Of a DNA stretch of 53,292 nt, positions 10,722 to 23,501 are shown piece by piece. How positions within the stretch are numbered: the first letter of the stretch is position 1; the number at the start of each line of letters is the position of its first letter. Origin of the DNA: Nemertoderma westbladi (lineage: Eukaryota; Animalia; Xenacoelomorpha); contig JAUCBJ010007193.1 of the NCBI GenBank assembly GCA_032718475.1, positions 1 through 53,292 on the forward strand, in the 5' to 3' direction. The notes below the pieces were generated by a model. It saw only the letters and a list, made by a program, of their open reading frames with translations, did not search any database and was not told the DNA's origin. Both the position numbers and the translations under genes were made by a program.

Positions 10722-11124
10722 CTATAGGGGCTGTTGCGCTGTCAGTCAGAGAGGTAACAGCCCATGGGGTAAGGATTTACCCATGGGGCGCTAACTATCA
10801 GATAGTCTGATACCAACTGTCAGACACAGTCTTTTTCAACTATCAGATAGATGATCGCCCAGTTACAAGTTGCCCGATAGTTGTATTTTTTAAACCCCGA
10901 GTGTTGTTGACGGAGTCTGTTACTTCTGAAATCGTTGGTCGTGGTGCCGGTGCCGGAATTCTGGCTTTGATTAAAAACACTGAACTGCTGAACGATGGCA
11001 GAATCTACGAAACCCGGCCGGATTCCTAATCCGAGGAGGCGACGGAGTCAATTAAACGTAACAATGAAACAATCGCGATGGACTGATAGAGTCTATTCAA
11101 TGTATCCAGAACGATACAATGGCG

Positions 11125-11440
11125 GCGGGGTCTATTACAGTATTAAACACGCAACCAAAGCGATCAGATGATGGCGAAGTAATCTACAAAACAGAGAACG
11201 ACAGGATGGCGATGGAGTTTCTGAGTTTATTAAACCCAGTAAGATGTGCATAGCGAAGCGATCGAGGCGGATAACGGAGTCTATTACAGTATTAAACATG
11301 CAACCAAAGCGATCAGACGATGGCGAAGTAATCTACAAAACAGAGAACGACAGGAAGGCGGTGGAGTTTATTAAACCCAGTAAGATGGTGCATAGCGAAG
11401 CGATCGAGACGGATAACGGAGTCTATTACAGTATTAAACC
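11125..11440. repeat. ~150-bp tandem duplication inside the MULE-like element
   Basis: GTCTATTACAGTATTAAAC occurs at ~11130, ~11279 and ~11420 with shared downstream sequence. Confidence 0.85.
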
Positions 11441-12226
11441 TGGAACGAAGACGGTGGAATCTATAGGCCTAAACCTGGAACAATGCGAACAAGGCTACTC
11501 TAAAGTTAGACTAGACTGGTTTGTGAGATTAACTTGCCAATACTAAACTCAATACAATTTGGTTTCTTCGAATTCCTAATAATATGTTTTAATCTTAATA
11601 ATAAATTATTCAACATCAATTATTTTATAAGTTTTGTCAATGTATAAGATTGCTAAAGACTAAAGAGCTAACTTTAGGAAGATCTGCCTTATATTTTTAG
11701 AATTATTATAATAAATTTTTGTTATGTTTATAATGAATTGTATCTTTTGACAGACTACTTGATGTGCGACCGTGATAATAAAATTAAATGGTGCCGAAAT
11801 ATTTTCACTTACTTAAGTGCAGGGGGGGGGGGGGGGCAATCAATATTCTTCCCTCTCCAGGTGAAAATCGACGCAAATAACAGCTTGTTTACTACTAAAA
11901 TAAAACTGCATCCTGTTCTATAGGAAAAAACATTATAAGGGAAACTTTAGCAAGTTGTGTTTATTTTAGCCGATAAACAAGATTACATGTTTACCAAGTT
12001 TGGTATAATTTAGTCAAAGATTGAATAAGTTACGATTTTAAATTATCAGTGGAGGGTGAAGGCGGCGGGCCAGGATTCAGTTATACTTGAATAAAGAATA
12101 GTGATTAAACCAAGGGATACGCGATATATGACACTGCTGTATAAGTTCATTGAATGACTGTTGATTTCGAAACATTTAATTCAAAACTATATAAATGTTA
12201 ATATAATGTTTTTTGTAATAATTAAC

Positions 12227-12988
12227 AGATGAATTATATTTCATTAATTTTTTTTTTTATCTAATCACATTATTAAATAACGAAGCACAGAAATAATACT
12301 AAGATTGAATATTTAATTGAAGGCACAGTACCGAATTGAATATTTGAATGGGAGAATCTTTTAGGCTCGTTAAGCCAAGGAATGCCTGTTCACCACCATG
12401 GGTGATCTTCCACAGTAAACCCTTCCACTCTGTTTCCCAAGTTGCCTTGGTTCCCAATCGACCACTGAAGGATGAAAGCCGGGGTTGGGCTAGGCTGCAG
12501 CATTTAAAGCACTGTGCCCAAACAGTACTGCCCCATCTAGGGATCGAACATTGAATATTTGAGATTGCATTAGATAGAATATTGAATATCTTCGTCCGTC
12601 ATCCCGTTGGTGACTGCATTGGCATCATTTCGACAGTTTCGATTGGTTTCGGCTCTTCAGTCCCCGAATAGACTGATGGTCGGCGTGGTTGCTGTCCCCA
12701 TGACTGAGGCTGCATTGCCAACCAAAATTGCCATCTCCAGGCGTTGGAGCAGAAACTGGTGTGACCGCGGTTCGTGGGTGGCACTGTGGAGACGAGCCCC
12801 GATCTCCCAGAGGAAGGTGGATGTCTCTGGACCAGGGCGGCCAAAGGTCCCAAAGGCCACGGGGTGAAATAAATGGCCCCGGTCCATTAGGTCGCGATAC
12901 TTATAGTTTTTAATGCGCTCCGCCCCCTTAGCTGAGTGCCCCTCGGCAATGATGGTTTGTTGAAGGTGGCTGGGGGCCAGTGGATCTA
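12227..12988 (-). mobile_element. 5'-truncated CRE-clade non-LTR retrotransposon (restriction-like endonuclease C-terminus)
   Basis: DPLAPSHL...AERIKNYKY...FHPVAFGTFG...FLLQRLEMAILVGNAASVMGT, stop at 12657. A-rich 3' end near 12248-12258 and a 12-bp TSD GTAATAATTAAC (12215-12226, 12989-13000). Confidence 0.85.
12348..12549 (-). mobile_element. 5'-truncated tRNA-derived SINE with Nin/Deu-like central domain
   Basis: Begins with B-box GTTCGATCC. CCAACCCCGGCTTTCATCCTTCAGTGGTCGAT resembles the Nin-domain core as recalled. 13-bp TSD ATTGAATATTTGA (12335-12347, 12550-12562). Confidence 0.75.
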
Positions 12989-13710
12989 GTAATAATTAAC
13001 GCAAAGATATGATTAGGTAGGCCTACGTGATATTACTGTATTAATTTCTCAAACCAATCCTCCATTGACGTCAAATATATCCAATTTCTCAATCCATACT
13101 AATCCGTATGTAATAATGCAGTAATGTACACTGTAATGCAATACCGGTAATGTCAATGTCCATGTCCAACCAAACAATGCGTTGAGTGTTATCGGACCAG
13201 CCTCCGAGAAATGTTAGGCTAACGGCACCTCGTGCCTCGCTCTGTTGCATCAGTTTTTGTAGTGGTCAGGTGGTCTAGTTCCAGGCTACCAGAATCCGTT
13301 AGGCCTAGTGCATGATATAGAATCAGCACATCCTGACATCTGTGCAATTCCTGAACTCAGGCGAGCATTTTACAGATGGTGGTCTAATTTATATGGTCTT
13401 GTACCGCGAAACCGTGTATTATTTACAGACGTAGGCTAAATTTCGGGTCTTGTACCGTGCACAGTACTGGTGGGCCTACACAGCTACTGCTATTTTGCCT
13501 AATACAGGTCCCAGAGGTAAATCCTTACCCCACAGGCTGTTACCTCTCTGACTGACAGCGCAACAGCCCTCTCTCCTAAACCACTGTCCTTTCCTGTAAG
13601 TTATTCTGTTAATTTTTTTCATAATTTTTGAGTGTTGAGTGGTGGAGGCCCCTCAGTGGCAGAGGCCCTTGAGCACGTGCACACTGTGCGCATTGGGTAA
13701 TCCAGCACTG

Positions 13711-14261
13711 CTCAGAACCGTCGGCCCTCATAAAGGATCAGCAACTGAACTTCCTACACCGAATGAATGCCTCTCAGAACTGTCGGCGCTCATAAAGGAT
13801 CGGCAACTGAACTTCCTACACCGAATGAATGCCTCTCAGAACCGTCGGCCCTCAAAGGATCGGCAACTGAACTTCCTACACCAACTGAATGCCTCTCAGA
13901 ACCGTCGGCCCTCATAAAGGATCGGCAACTGAACTTCCTACACCGAATGGACACCTCACAGAACCGTCGGCCTTCATAAAGGATCGGCAACTGAACTTCC
14001 TACGCCGAATAAACACCTCTCAGAACCGTAGGCCCTCATAAAGGATCGGCAACTGAACTTCCTACACCGAATGAATGCCTCCCTGAACCGTCGGCCCTCA
14101 TAAAGGATCGGCAACTGAACTTCCTACACCGAATGGACACCTCACAGAACCGTCGGCCTTCATAAAGGATCGGCAACTGAACTTCCTACGCCGAATAAAC
14201 ACCTCTCAGAACCGTAGGCCCTCATAAAGGATCGGCAACTGAACTTCCTACACCGAATGAA
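13711..14261. repeat. 62/60-bp satellite, block 1
   Basis: Unit AAGGATCGGCAACTGAACTTCCTACACCGAATGAATGCCTCTCAGAACCGTCGGCCCTCA(TA). Confidence 0.97.
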
Positions 14262-16404
14262 CCCTGCAAACAATGTATTGTTAAAAAGCTGTTATTAAAA
14301 TGTTATTTAATGACATAGATAACATTATTTCAAATTGTTAGATTAATGGTAAAAAAACTGTAAATTGGCCAAGAAATATGACGTTATATACTAACGTTAT
14401 TATTTCGTTTTTAATAACATTAAAATAACAAAGCCAGGATGGTTACATATATCATTACTTTTATGTTATTCCTCATCATTATTATTGTGTTTTTATTGAC
14501 ATTAAAATAACAACGGCGTAATGTTTATTTAGATCGTTAATTTTATGTTATTTCTTAACATAAAAATATTGTTTGCTAAAAACGTAACATTATACGTACA
14601 TTTAAGCCCTTCTCTCATGTTTTATGGTTGGTTCGCTTGCTCAAACTAATAATCCCCCTCCATTGCCGTTCCTTATATCGTTCTTTATAATTGCCAAACC
14701 CTTTATTGAATAATTAATTAATAATTTCCCTATGCATGTTGATATGGTAGTGGCAGGCTACAATCTCTAACACAGTTTGATTGAATACAATTTTGTTGTA
14801 GGCAATTGTATGCAAATTAATAACAATTAAAACGTTTAACATGAATTGAATTTTTTGTATAATGACCAGTCAGGAACAAATAATGAAATAAACAGCAAAA
14901 TCAAAGTAAAATATCGCAGAATAAGTAAAACAACAAATATATGGCTGTATGGCCCATTATGTAAATGGTTTTGATATTTCGGTTAAAGTTAATTACAGAC
15001 TTAAAAAGAATATGTTTATGACGTAATAATAAGTGACAACAACGTAATGAATTGCATCAATTAAAATACTTTGAGTTAATATTATTCACTAGATTTATAG
15101 ATCTAATTTGTAGACTATATAAAATAATGTACATAGTGGGTTTAATAAATAATACCTCACAACAATGTTAAATTATTAAAAGGAGCAGGTTACAGTTGGC
15201 TACAGAGGCACATTATTATATCCTACGGGTAAACAAAAAAAAACAGGTTACAGATTTATTTCTGGGAGAGTAATCAGTACTTATTTGAATCGATATCTCC
15301 CTGGAGAGGGATGATTTTGATTGCATCGCAAATCCTCTCTATCTGAACAAATCATATTTAAAAAATTAAATGTTAATTATAATTATAGCTGAGTGAGCTT
15401 CATTTATTAAACTGTAAAAATAAATCAATAGGCCTAGGCCCTACAAAAGTACAATCTAAAAACTGAAACAATAAATAGTTTGTAATAACAGTTAATGTGA
15501 AGTTTTCAAATCGAAATCGAATCGAAAGTTTTGTAGTAATGCTGTCCCTGTGCCCTGCCCCTTCAACTGAAAACTGGGACCTCCCAATAATAAGAATTCC
15601 AATCTTTAGTCCTCGGCTGTTGAAATCCACCATCAGTACAGACAAATAAGTCAATCCTCCACCTGTCAGTTCTGGTTTAAGGGGACTTTCTGGTCCTGGC
15701 AGACTTGAATTCTGTAATTGGTAGGTCTAATGCAGTAATGTGTGAATCCAGAGGGTAAAGGCTAACTCGCATTCAGGTAGATATGTTTTATTTATGAGTT
15801 CAGGTTAAATAAATCACAAAACCAAAACTATAAAACCAAAAATATAAGCTACTGTACAGAGCAGTAGGCCTGCAGTAACTACACTACAGTAATATAGAGA
15901 TAGGCCTTGCAGTACAGCAGTATAACAATACATATACACAATAAACATTGAATACAGGCATGACAGAATGAGTATTGTACAACATACCATACTGTATACC
16001 ATTTACATGTGGAAAATTCCTCCATTACCGCGAATTTTAAAATTAGCCAATCATCAATCTCAGATTGGATAATAGAAGTGACAGCGTCTATCGCATAATG
16101 TTTATTTTATGTGACAAAATAACATTGTTCTGATATGTAACAAACCATGTTCTTAAAATGTTAGAACTAAACACTTATAAAACATTTTTGACTAATGTTT
16201 ATGTTCTCACATTATAATTACGTTTTTTTAACATCAACAGTTATCATTTATTTAATGTCTGACAAAGACATTATAGAGTAATGTTAAAATAACATATATT
16301 GAACATCTAAATATTCTATCAAACAAGGGAATAACATTTATCAACATTTATAACAAATTAATGATGTTTTTCTGACATTCCTTGAAAGTAAATTGTTTGC
16401 AGGG
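14262..16404. mobile_element. Non-autonomous EnSpm/CMC-type DNA transposon
   Basis: 13-bp TIR CCCTGCAAACAAT/ATTGTTTGCAGGG. 2-bp TSD AA is proven by the satellite register (GAATG-AA-TGCC). Many AACATT/AATGTT subterminal motifs; no transposase ORF. Confidence 0.88.
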
Positions 16405-19400
16405 AATGCCTCTCAGAACCATCGGCCCTCATAAAGGATCGGCAACTGAACTTCCTACACCGAATGAATGCCTCTCAGAACCGTTGGCCCTCATAAAGGA
16501 TCGGCAACTGAACTTCCTACACCGTATGAACGCCTCCCAGAATAGTAGGCCCTCATAAAGGATCGGCAACTGAACTTCCTACACTGAATGAATGCCTCTC
16601 AGAACCGTCAGCCCTCATAAAGGATCAGCAACTGAACTTCCTACACCAAATGAACGCCTCTCAGAACCGTCGGCCCTCATAAAGGATCGGTAACTGAACT
16701 TCCTACGCCGAATGAACGCCTCTCAGAACCGTCGGCCGTCAAAGGATCGGCAACTGAACTTCCTACACCGAATGAATGCCTCTCAGAACCGTCGGCCCTC
16801 ATAAAGGATCGGCAACTGAACTTCCTACACCGAATGAATGCCTCTCAGAACCGTCGGCCCTCAAAGGATCGGCAACTGAACTTCCTACACCGAATGAATG
16901 CCTCTCAGAACCGTCGGCCCTCATAAAGGATCGGCAACTGAACTTCCTACACCGAATGAATGCCTCTCAGAACCATCAGCCCTCAAAGGATCGGCAACTG
17001 AACTTCCTACACCGAAGGAATGCCTCTCAGAACCGTCGGCCCTCAAAGGATCGGCAACTGAACTTCCTGCACCGAATGAATGTCTCTCAGAACCATCAGC
17101 CCTCATAAAGGATCGGCAACTGAACTTCCTACGCCAAATGAACGCCTCTCAGAACCATCAGCCCTCATAAAGGATCGGAAACTGAACTTCCTACACCGAA
17201 TGAGCACCTCTCAGAACCATCGGCCCTCATAAAGGATCAGCAACTGAACTTCCTACACCGAATGAATGCCTCTCAGAACTGTCGGCCTTCATAAAGGATC
17301 GGTAACTGAACTTCCTACACCGAATGAATGCCTCTCAGAACCGTCGGCCCTCATAAAGGATCGGCAACTGAACTTCCTACACCGTATGAACGCCTCCCAG
17401 AATAGTAGGCCCTCATAAAGGATCGGCAACTGAACTTCCTACACCGAATGAATGCCTCTCAGAACCGTCGGCCCTCATAAAGGATCGGCAACTGAACTTC
17501 CTACACCAAATGAATGTCTCTCAGAACCAGCGGCCCTCATAAAGGATCGGCAACTGAACTTCCTACACTGAATGAATGCCTCTGAGAACCGTTGGCCCTC
17601 ATAAAGGATCGGCAACTGAACTTCCTACACCGAATGAACGCCTCTCATAACCGTCAGCCCTCATAAAGGATCTGCAACTGAACTTCCTACACCAAATGAA
17701 TGCCTCTCAGAACCATCAGCCCTCAAAGGATCGGCAACTGAACTTCCTACACCGAAGGAATGCCTCTCAGAACCGTCGGCCCTCAAAGGATCGGCAACTG
17801 AACTTCCTGCACCGAATGAATGTCTCTCAGAACCATCGGCCCTCATAAAGGATCGGCAACTGAACTTCCTACGCCAAATGAACGCCTCTCAGAACCATCA
17901 GCCCTCATAAAGGATCGGCAACTGAACTTCCTACGCCGAATGAACGCCTCTCAGAACCGTCGGCCCTCAAAGGATCGGCAACTGAACTTCCTACACCGAA
18001 TGAATGCCTCTCAGAACCGTCGGCCCTCATAAAGGATCGGCAACTGAACTTCCTACACCGAATGAATGCCTCTCAGAACCGTCGGCCCTCAAAGGATCGG
18101 CAACTGAACTTCCTACACCGAATGAATGCCTCTCAGAACCGTCGGCCCTCATAAAGGATCGGCAACTGAACTTCCTACACCGAATGAATGCCTCTCAGAA
18201 CCGTTGGCCCTCATAAAGGATCGGCAACTGAACTTCCTACACCGAATGAATGCCTCTGAGAACCGTTGGCCCTCATAAAGGATCAGCAACTGAACTTCCT
18301 ACACCGAATGAATGCCTCTCATAACCGTCGGCCCTCATAAAGGATCTGCAACTGAACTTCCTACACCAAATGAATGCCTCTCAGAACCATCAGCCCTCAA
18401 AGGATCGGCAACTGAACTTCCTACACCGAAGGAATGCCTCTCAGAACCGTCGGCCCTCAAAGGATCGGCATCTGAACTTCCTGCACCGAATGAATGTCTC
18501 TCAGAACCATCGGCCCTCATAAAGGATCGGCAACTGAACTTCCTACACCGAATGAATGCCTCTGAGAACCGTTGGCCCTCATAAAGGATCGGCAACTGAA
18601 CTTCCTACACCGAATGAACGCCTCTCATAACCGTCGGCCCTCATAAAGGATTGGCAACCGAACTTCCTACGCCGAATGAATGCCTCTCAGAACCGTCGGC
18701 CCTCATAAAGGATCGGCAACTGAACTTCCTACACCGAATGAATGCCTCTCAGAACCGTCGGCCCTCATAAAGGATCGGCAACTGAACTTCCTACACCGAA
18801 TGAATGCCTCTGAGAACCGTTGGCCCTCATAAAGGATCGGCAACTGAACTTCCTACACCAAATGAACGCCTCTCAGAACCGTCGGCCCTCATAAAGGATT
18901 GGCAACCGAACTTCCTACGCCGAATGAATGCCTCTCAGAACCGTCGGCCCTCATAAAGGATCGGCAACTGAACTTCCTACACCGAATGAACGCCTCTCAG
19001 AACCATCAGCCCTCATAAAGGATCGGCAACTGAACTTCCTACACCAAAAGAATGCCTCTCAGAACCGTCGGCCCTCAAAGGATCGGCAACTGAACTTCCT
19101 ACACCGAATGAATGCCTCTCAGAACCTTCGGCCCTCATAAAGGATCGGCAACTGAACTTCCTACACCGAATGAATGCCTCTCAGAACCGTCGGCCCTCAA
19201 AGGATCAGCAACTGAACTTCCTACACCGAATGAATGCCTCTCAGAACCGTCGGCCCTCATAAAGGATCGGCAACTGAACTTCCTACACCGAATGAATGCC
19301 TCTGAGAACCGTTGGCCCTCATAAAGGATCGGCAACTGAACTTCCTACACCGAATGAACGCCTCTCATAACCGTCGGCCCTCATAAAGGATCGGCAACTG

Positions 19401-19627
19401 AACTTCCTACACCAAATGAATGCCTCTCAGAACCATCAGCCCTCAAAGGATCGGCAACTGAACTTCCTACACCAAAATAATGCCTCTCAGAACCGTCGGC
19501 CCTCAAAGGATCAGCAACTGAACTTCCTACACCAAATGAACGCCTCTCAGAACCATCGGCCCTCATAAAGGATTGGCAACTGAACTTCCTACACCGAATG
19601 AATGCCTCTCAGAACCGTCGGCCCTCA
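16405..19627. repeat. 62/60-bp satellite, block 2 (~52 units)
   Basis: Same unit, in register with block 1. Confidence 0.97.
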
Positions 19628-22208
19628 CTTTGAACTCTAACTTCTCACTCTAACTCCATTTACTCTATCTAACTTCACTCTGCTCTATCTCACCCTCGGA
19701 CCTCTCTGTCCCTTACTCTCTCTCTCTCTCTCTCTCTCTCACTACTCGCTCCCCACACTTGAATTGCACTCGTCTGCACTCTCTCACGCGCCCACACCAC
19801 CTCTCAATATCTTCTCCCGTCTGTGCTATTATCATTCTTACTTACTACTTACTTGCTACTTACTACTTACTTCTTCACTCTACTAACTCTGCTAACTTTA
19901 TTAACTATACTAACTCTACTAACCCTCTTACTCTCTACTAACTCTCCACCTCTACTAACGGTACCGTCCTACTCTCTTTCTACGTGGCGCTTTCGGTGCC
20001 CACCACCCCTCTACTCTCTTTCTACGTGGCGCTTTCGGTGCCCACAACATCTCTACTACTACTTTCCATGTAGCGCTTCCGGTGCCCACAACCCCTCTGC
20101 TACTACTCGTGGTATGTCAATATACCACACTCCCTTACTGCCTACTTCTAACGGTACTACGTACCCCTCTACTCCCGTGGTATGTTTATATACCACACTC
20201 CCTAATCTGCCTGCTTCTAACTAACTCCTCTTACTTTCTCTTACTCTTACTAGCTTCTACTAACTTTCTTACTACTTACTGTCTAACTATCTACTAACTA
20301 TCTGACTATCTATCTACTTATTTTATTATTTATTATTTATTTTATTTTAATTTCTTATTTGTGTGGGAAGGGCGTCTCGCCCTCATTCCCACCCCCCTCT
20401 GTCCAACATTCGGACAACTAAACTCTAAGGTGCCCCTTGATCTTCCATCGTTCCTTCCAGGAGGCATTCTCCCACTGCCCCCCTGTAGCTCCTCTTATTC
20501 TTCATCCCACTCTCCTCGTCAATTCCAACTCTCTAGGAATTGATTCTCCCTCTTCTGCCACCCTAAAATCGGGTCTCTCTGCCACCTTCTTAACTTCCTC
20601 ATCTCCTGCAGCAAAATGCCACCCTTCATCTGGTCGTCGCCTGCCGGTAGAATGAAAAGAAATCGGAAGAATAGATAAAACAGAACGGACAGTACTAATC
20701 CTATCCCTTTCCACCCTGTCTTCTTACTCGACCTCCCCCTTTTCGGTATGCCTCTCAACCGGACCGGTGTCTCTTCCGGGCACTCCTCTGGACACTCCTC
20801 CGGACTGTTGTCCTCCGGACATCTCGCCGTCCACTCCTCTCCATCCCCATACCGATACTTGATGGGAACATCCTTGTTCCATCCCATTGTCTCTAAGTCT
20901 TCCGCGTCGAATCCTTCTCCTCCGCCCATTCTCTTGCTGTTACTTCTCCTTCTAGCTTATCTACCATCTCTAGTTTCTTCTCTGCGTCCTCAATGGTGCC
21001 TGGTAGCATGCACCCTGATGTCTCCGACACCCTGGATGGAATCTTGGTTTTAATTGGGCCGCTAAGCGTCCATCCGAACGGCGTGAGAATCGCCGTTGGA
21101 TCCCGCTGTCTGTCTTCCCCGAAGATCGTCTGTACTCTTTCGTGGGCCGTCAGGCAGTCCATACCCACTATGATGGATACCTTCGAGATGTCCACTTCCG
21201 GTATTGAGAAATCGATATCGTCCAGGAACCGGTATTGCTCGACCTCGATGTTAGTTGGTCTCCTGGCATTTATATTGATCGATTCTATTATCTGTATGGG
21301 GTCGATGGTTGCCCCTTAGTCACATCCCGGTGCTATTGCTGATATCTTGCACCGTCCCGTCCTCATCTCCAGGACCTCATCCTTACTCGAGATGGTAGTT
21401 ACCGCCATCTTACTCGGCCTCGTCTGAAACCCTATCTCCTCGGCCACCCAATTCTCCACCAGCGTGAAGGCTGCTCCGCTGTCGACCAGCATCAATGTTG
21501 TGACTGATCGGCCACCCCTTCCTGTTATCTTCACTGGTACTACCCCGAGTAGTACTTTCCTCTTTCTTCTTGCTCCTGTCGTGCTCGTAGCCATTGTTTG
21601 GCCTCCAGTCTCATCGTCTCCTATTGCTGTTTCTCTACACTCTCCAGATCTGTGTCCTTCTACCACGCATCGATGACATAGTCCGTTTGCATCCGCGTAG
21701 GCTACACGATCTTGTTTGGGCAACGCTTGCCAGTGCTTACAACTCATGGTCTTATGGGTTCCGTCCCTATGAAATTGACATTCGAATCCTGGATTGTAGC
21801 GTTCCCTGTATAGTCCTTCACGTATCGCGCGTAGGTTTATATCTACCAATTTAGTGTTTTGGTTATTTGGACTCGGCCTACAGGGTGTGTTGGGATTTTG
21901 TTTGTTCGTGGTGTTATTTTCTTTCTGTCCCTGCCACGGTGCGGCCCTACTCACCACTAACTGTGGGCTTGTAGCCCCCTGTGTGGCCGCGTGTGGTAGC
22001 GACTGTCTTAGTCTCGGAAAAGGATCTGCCGGATTATGTTAGGGTTTAGGCCTGTTGTATTCGGTCTTTGGCGCCTTCCCCAAACTATCCTCACTATAGA
22101 CTGGGTCTGTAATCAACTCTGCTTCATAGTTGAGGAAGTTCAACATTTCCTCTAAGCCCGGTTCCGCACCTTTCTTCTTCCGGGTGGAGAAGGCGATCTT
22201 CCTCCACT
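19628..22208 (-). mobile_element. LTR-less internal fragment of a diverged sister of the non-autonomous BEL family (gag C-terminus, aspartic protease, purine-rich 3' region)
   Basis: LCHRCVVEGHRSGEC; VLLGVVPVKI...MLVDSGAAFTLV (protease DSG); IIVGMD...TPFGWTLSGP. Shares its C-terminus and GGTACGTAGTACC motifs with 6330-7200. In-frame stops are present. Confidence 0.9.
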
Positions 22209-22646
22209 GGATCGGCAACTGAACATCCTACGCCGAATGAATGCCTCTCAGAACCGTCGGCCCTCATAAAGGATCGGCAACTGAACATCCTACGCCGAAT
22301 GAATGCCTCTCAGAACCGTCGGCCCTCATAAAGGATCAGCAACTGAACTTCCTACACCAAATGAACGCCTCTCAGAACCATCAGCCCTCATAAAGGATTG
22401 GCAACTGAACTTCCTACACCAAATGAATGCCTCTCAGAACCGTCGGCCCTCATAAAGGATCAGCAACTGAACTTCCTACACCAAATGAACGCCTCTCAGA
22501 ACCGTCGGCCCTCCCTCATAAAGGATCGGCAACTGAACTTCCTACACCAAATGAACGCCTCTCAGAACCGTCGGCCCTCATAAAGGTTCGGCAACTGAAC
22601 TTCCTACGCCGAATGAACGCCTCTCAGAACCGTCGGCCCTCATAAA
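22209..22646. repeat. 62/60-bp satellite, block 3
   Basis: Same unit resumes at GGATCGGC. Confidence 0.96.
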
Positions 22647-23300
22647 GCACCAGTGTCTGGACCAGTATCTGTACCAGGTGTCTGCCACAGTGTCTGAACC
22701 AGTGTCTGCATCATGTTTCTGCACCAGGTATCTGAATCTGTACCAGTGTCTGGACCAGGTAGATGTCTGCATCAGGTGTCTGTACCAGTGTCTTTACAAG
22801 GTGTCTGCACCAGTGCCTGCACCAGTGTCTGGGCCAGGTGGGTGTTTGAACCGGTGTCTGCACCAGTGTCTGTACCAGGTGTCTGCACCAGTGCCAGCAC
22901 CAGTGTCTGGACCAGGTGGGTGTTTGAACCGGTGTCTGCACCAGTGTCTGAACCAGGTGTCTGCACCAAGTGTCTGCATCAGGTGTCTGGACCTGGTAGG
23001 TGTCTGCACCAGTGTTTGCATAAAGTTTCTGTACCAGGTGTCTGCATCACTGTCTCACCACGTGTCTACATCAGGACTCTGCACCAGGTGTATGTACCAG
23101 TAGTGTCTGCACCAGGTGTCTTCACCAGGTGTCTGCACCATGAGTCTGCACCAATGTCTGCACCAGTGTCTGCATCAGGTGTCTGCAGCAGTGTCTGAGC
23201 TAGAGTCTGCACCAGGTGTCTGCATCAGGTGTCTGCACCAGTGTCTGCATCGGGTGTCTGCACCAAGTGTCTGCATCAGGTGCCTGGACCTGGTAGGTGC
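22647..23300. repeat. Degenerate 12/13-bp minisatellite (GTGTCTGCACCA[G])n
   Basis: Direct inspection; ends in a poly-C run at ~23300-23310. Confidence 0.92.
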
Positions 23301-23310
23301 CCCCCCCCCC

Positions 23311-23501
23311 TTAAGAGACATCTCCAGAAAGTCGTGGACTATCCACCATGCTTATTTACTCCATGAGACCGCCAAACTGGCCAAAGCACAACAATATGCA
23401 CTAGCTGGTCCTCACGGCGAAACCAATGTCCTACAAAGCGGAGGCGGCTTTGTTCTAGAGATTTGGTTCTAACGAAGCAAACCAGCTTCTGAAGTGGAGA
23501 T
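23311..23501 (-). pseudogene. Older diverged 3' fragment of an RTE-type RT (target of the younger LINE)
   Basis: SLEQSRLRFVGHWFRREDQLVHIVVLW...HGVNKHGG, compared with TLEQNRLRFAGHCFRREDQPVHNLVLWQPHGVNKHGG in the younger copy. Confidence 0.85.

Larger units (their letters stand above)
10722..13575. mobile_element. Non-autonomous MULE/Mutator-like element with sub-terminal inverted repeats
   Basis: 9-bp TSD CTAAACCAC (10713-10721, 13576-13584). A ~54-bp inverted repeat GGGCTGTTGCGCTGTCAGTCAGAGAGGTAACAGCC... starts 6 bp inside each end. The empty site is visible in the paralogous repeat at ~10561-10590. Confidence 0.85.
1503..13710 (-). mobile_element. hAT DNA transposon, 3'-truncated and carrying several nested insertions
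   Basis: 5' terminus CAGTGCTGGATTACCC... at 13710 (minus strand) with GGCC-rich subterminal motifs, abutting the satellite at CTCAGAAC. Transposase fragments lie downstream; the second end is not in the window. Confidence 0.8.

Noticed and set aside
12460-12485. Hammerhead-like CTGAAGGATGAAA
   Set aside because: It does not match the CUGANGA core, lacks stem II, and is the antisense of the SINE central domain.
13639-22645. Many short ORFs in the 62-bp satellite
   Set aside because: They are translations of tandem repeats with no domain content.
22678-23472. Cys/Pro/Val-rich ORFs
   Set aside because: Minisatellite translation artefacts.
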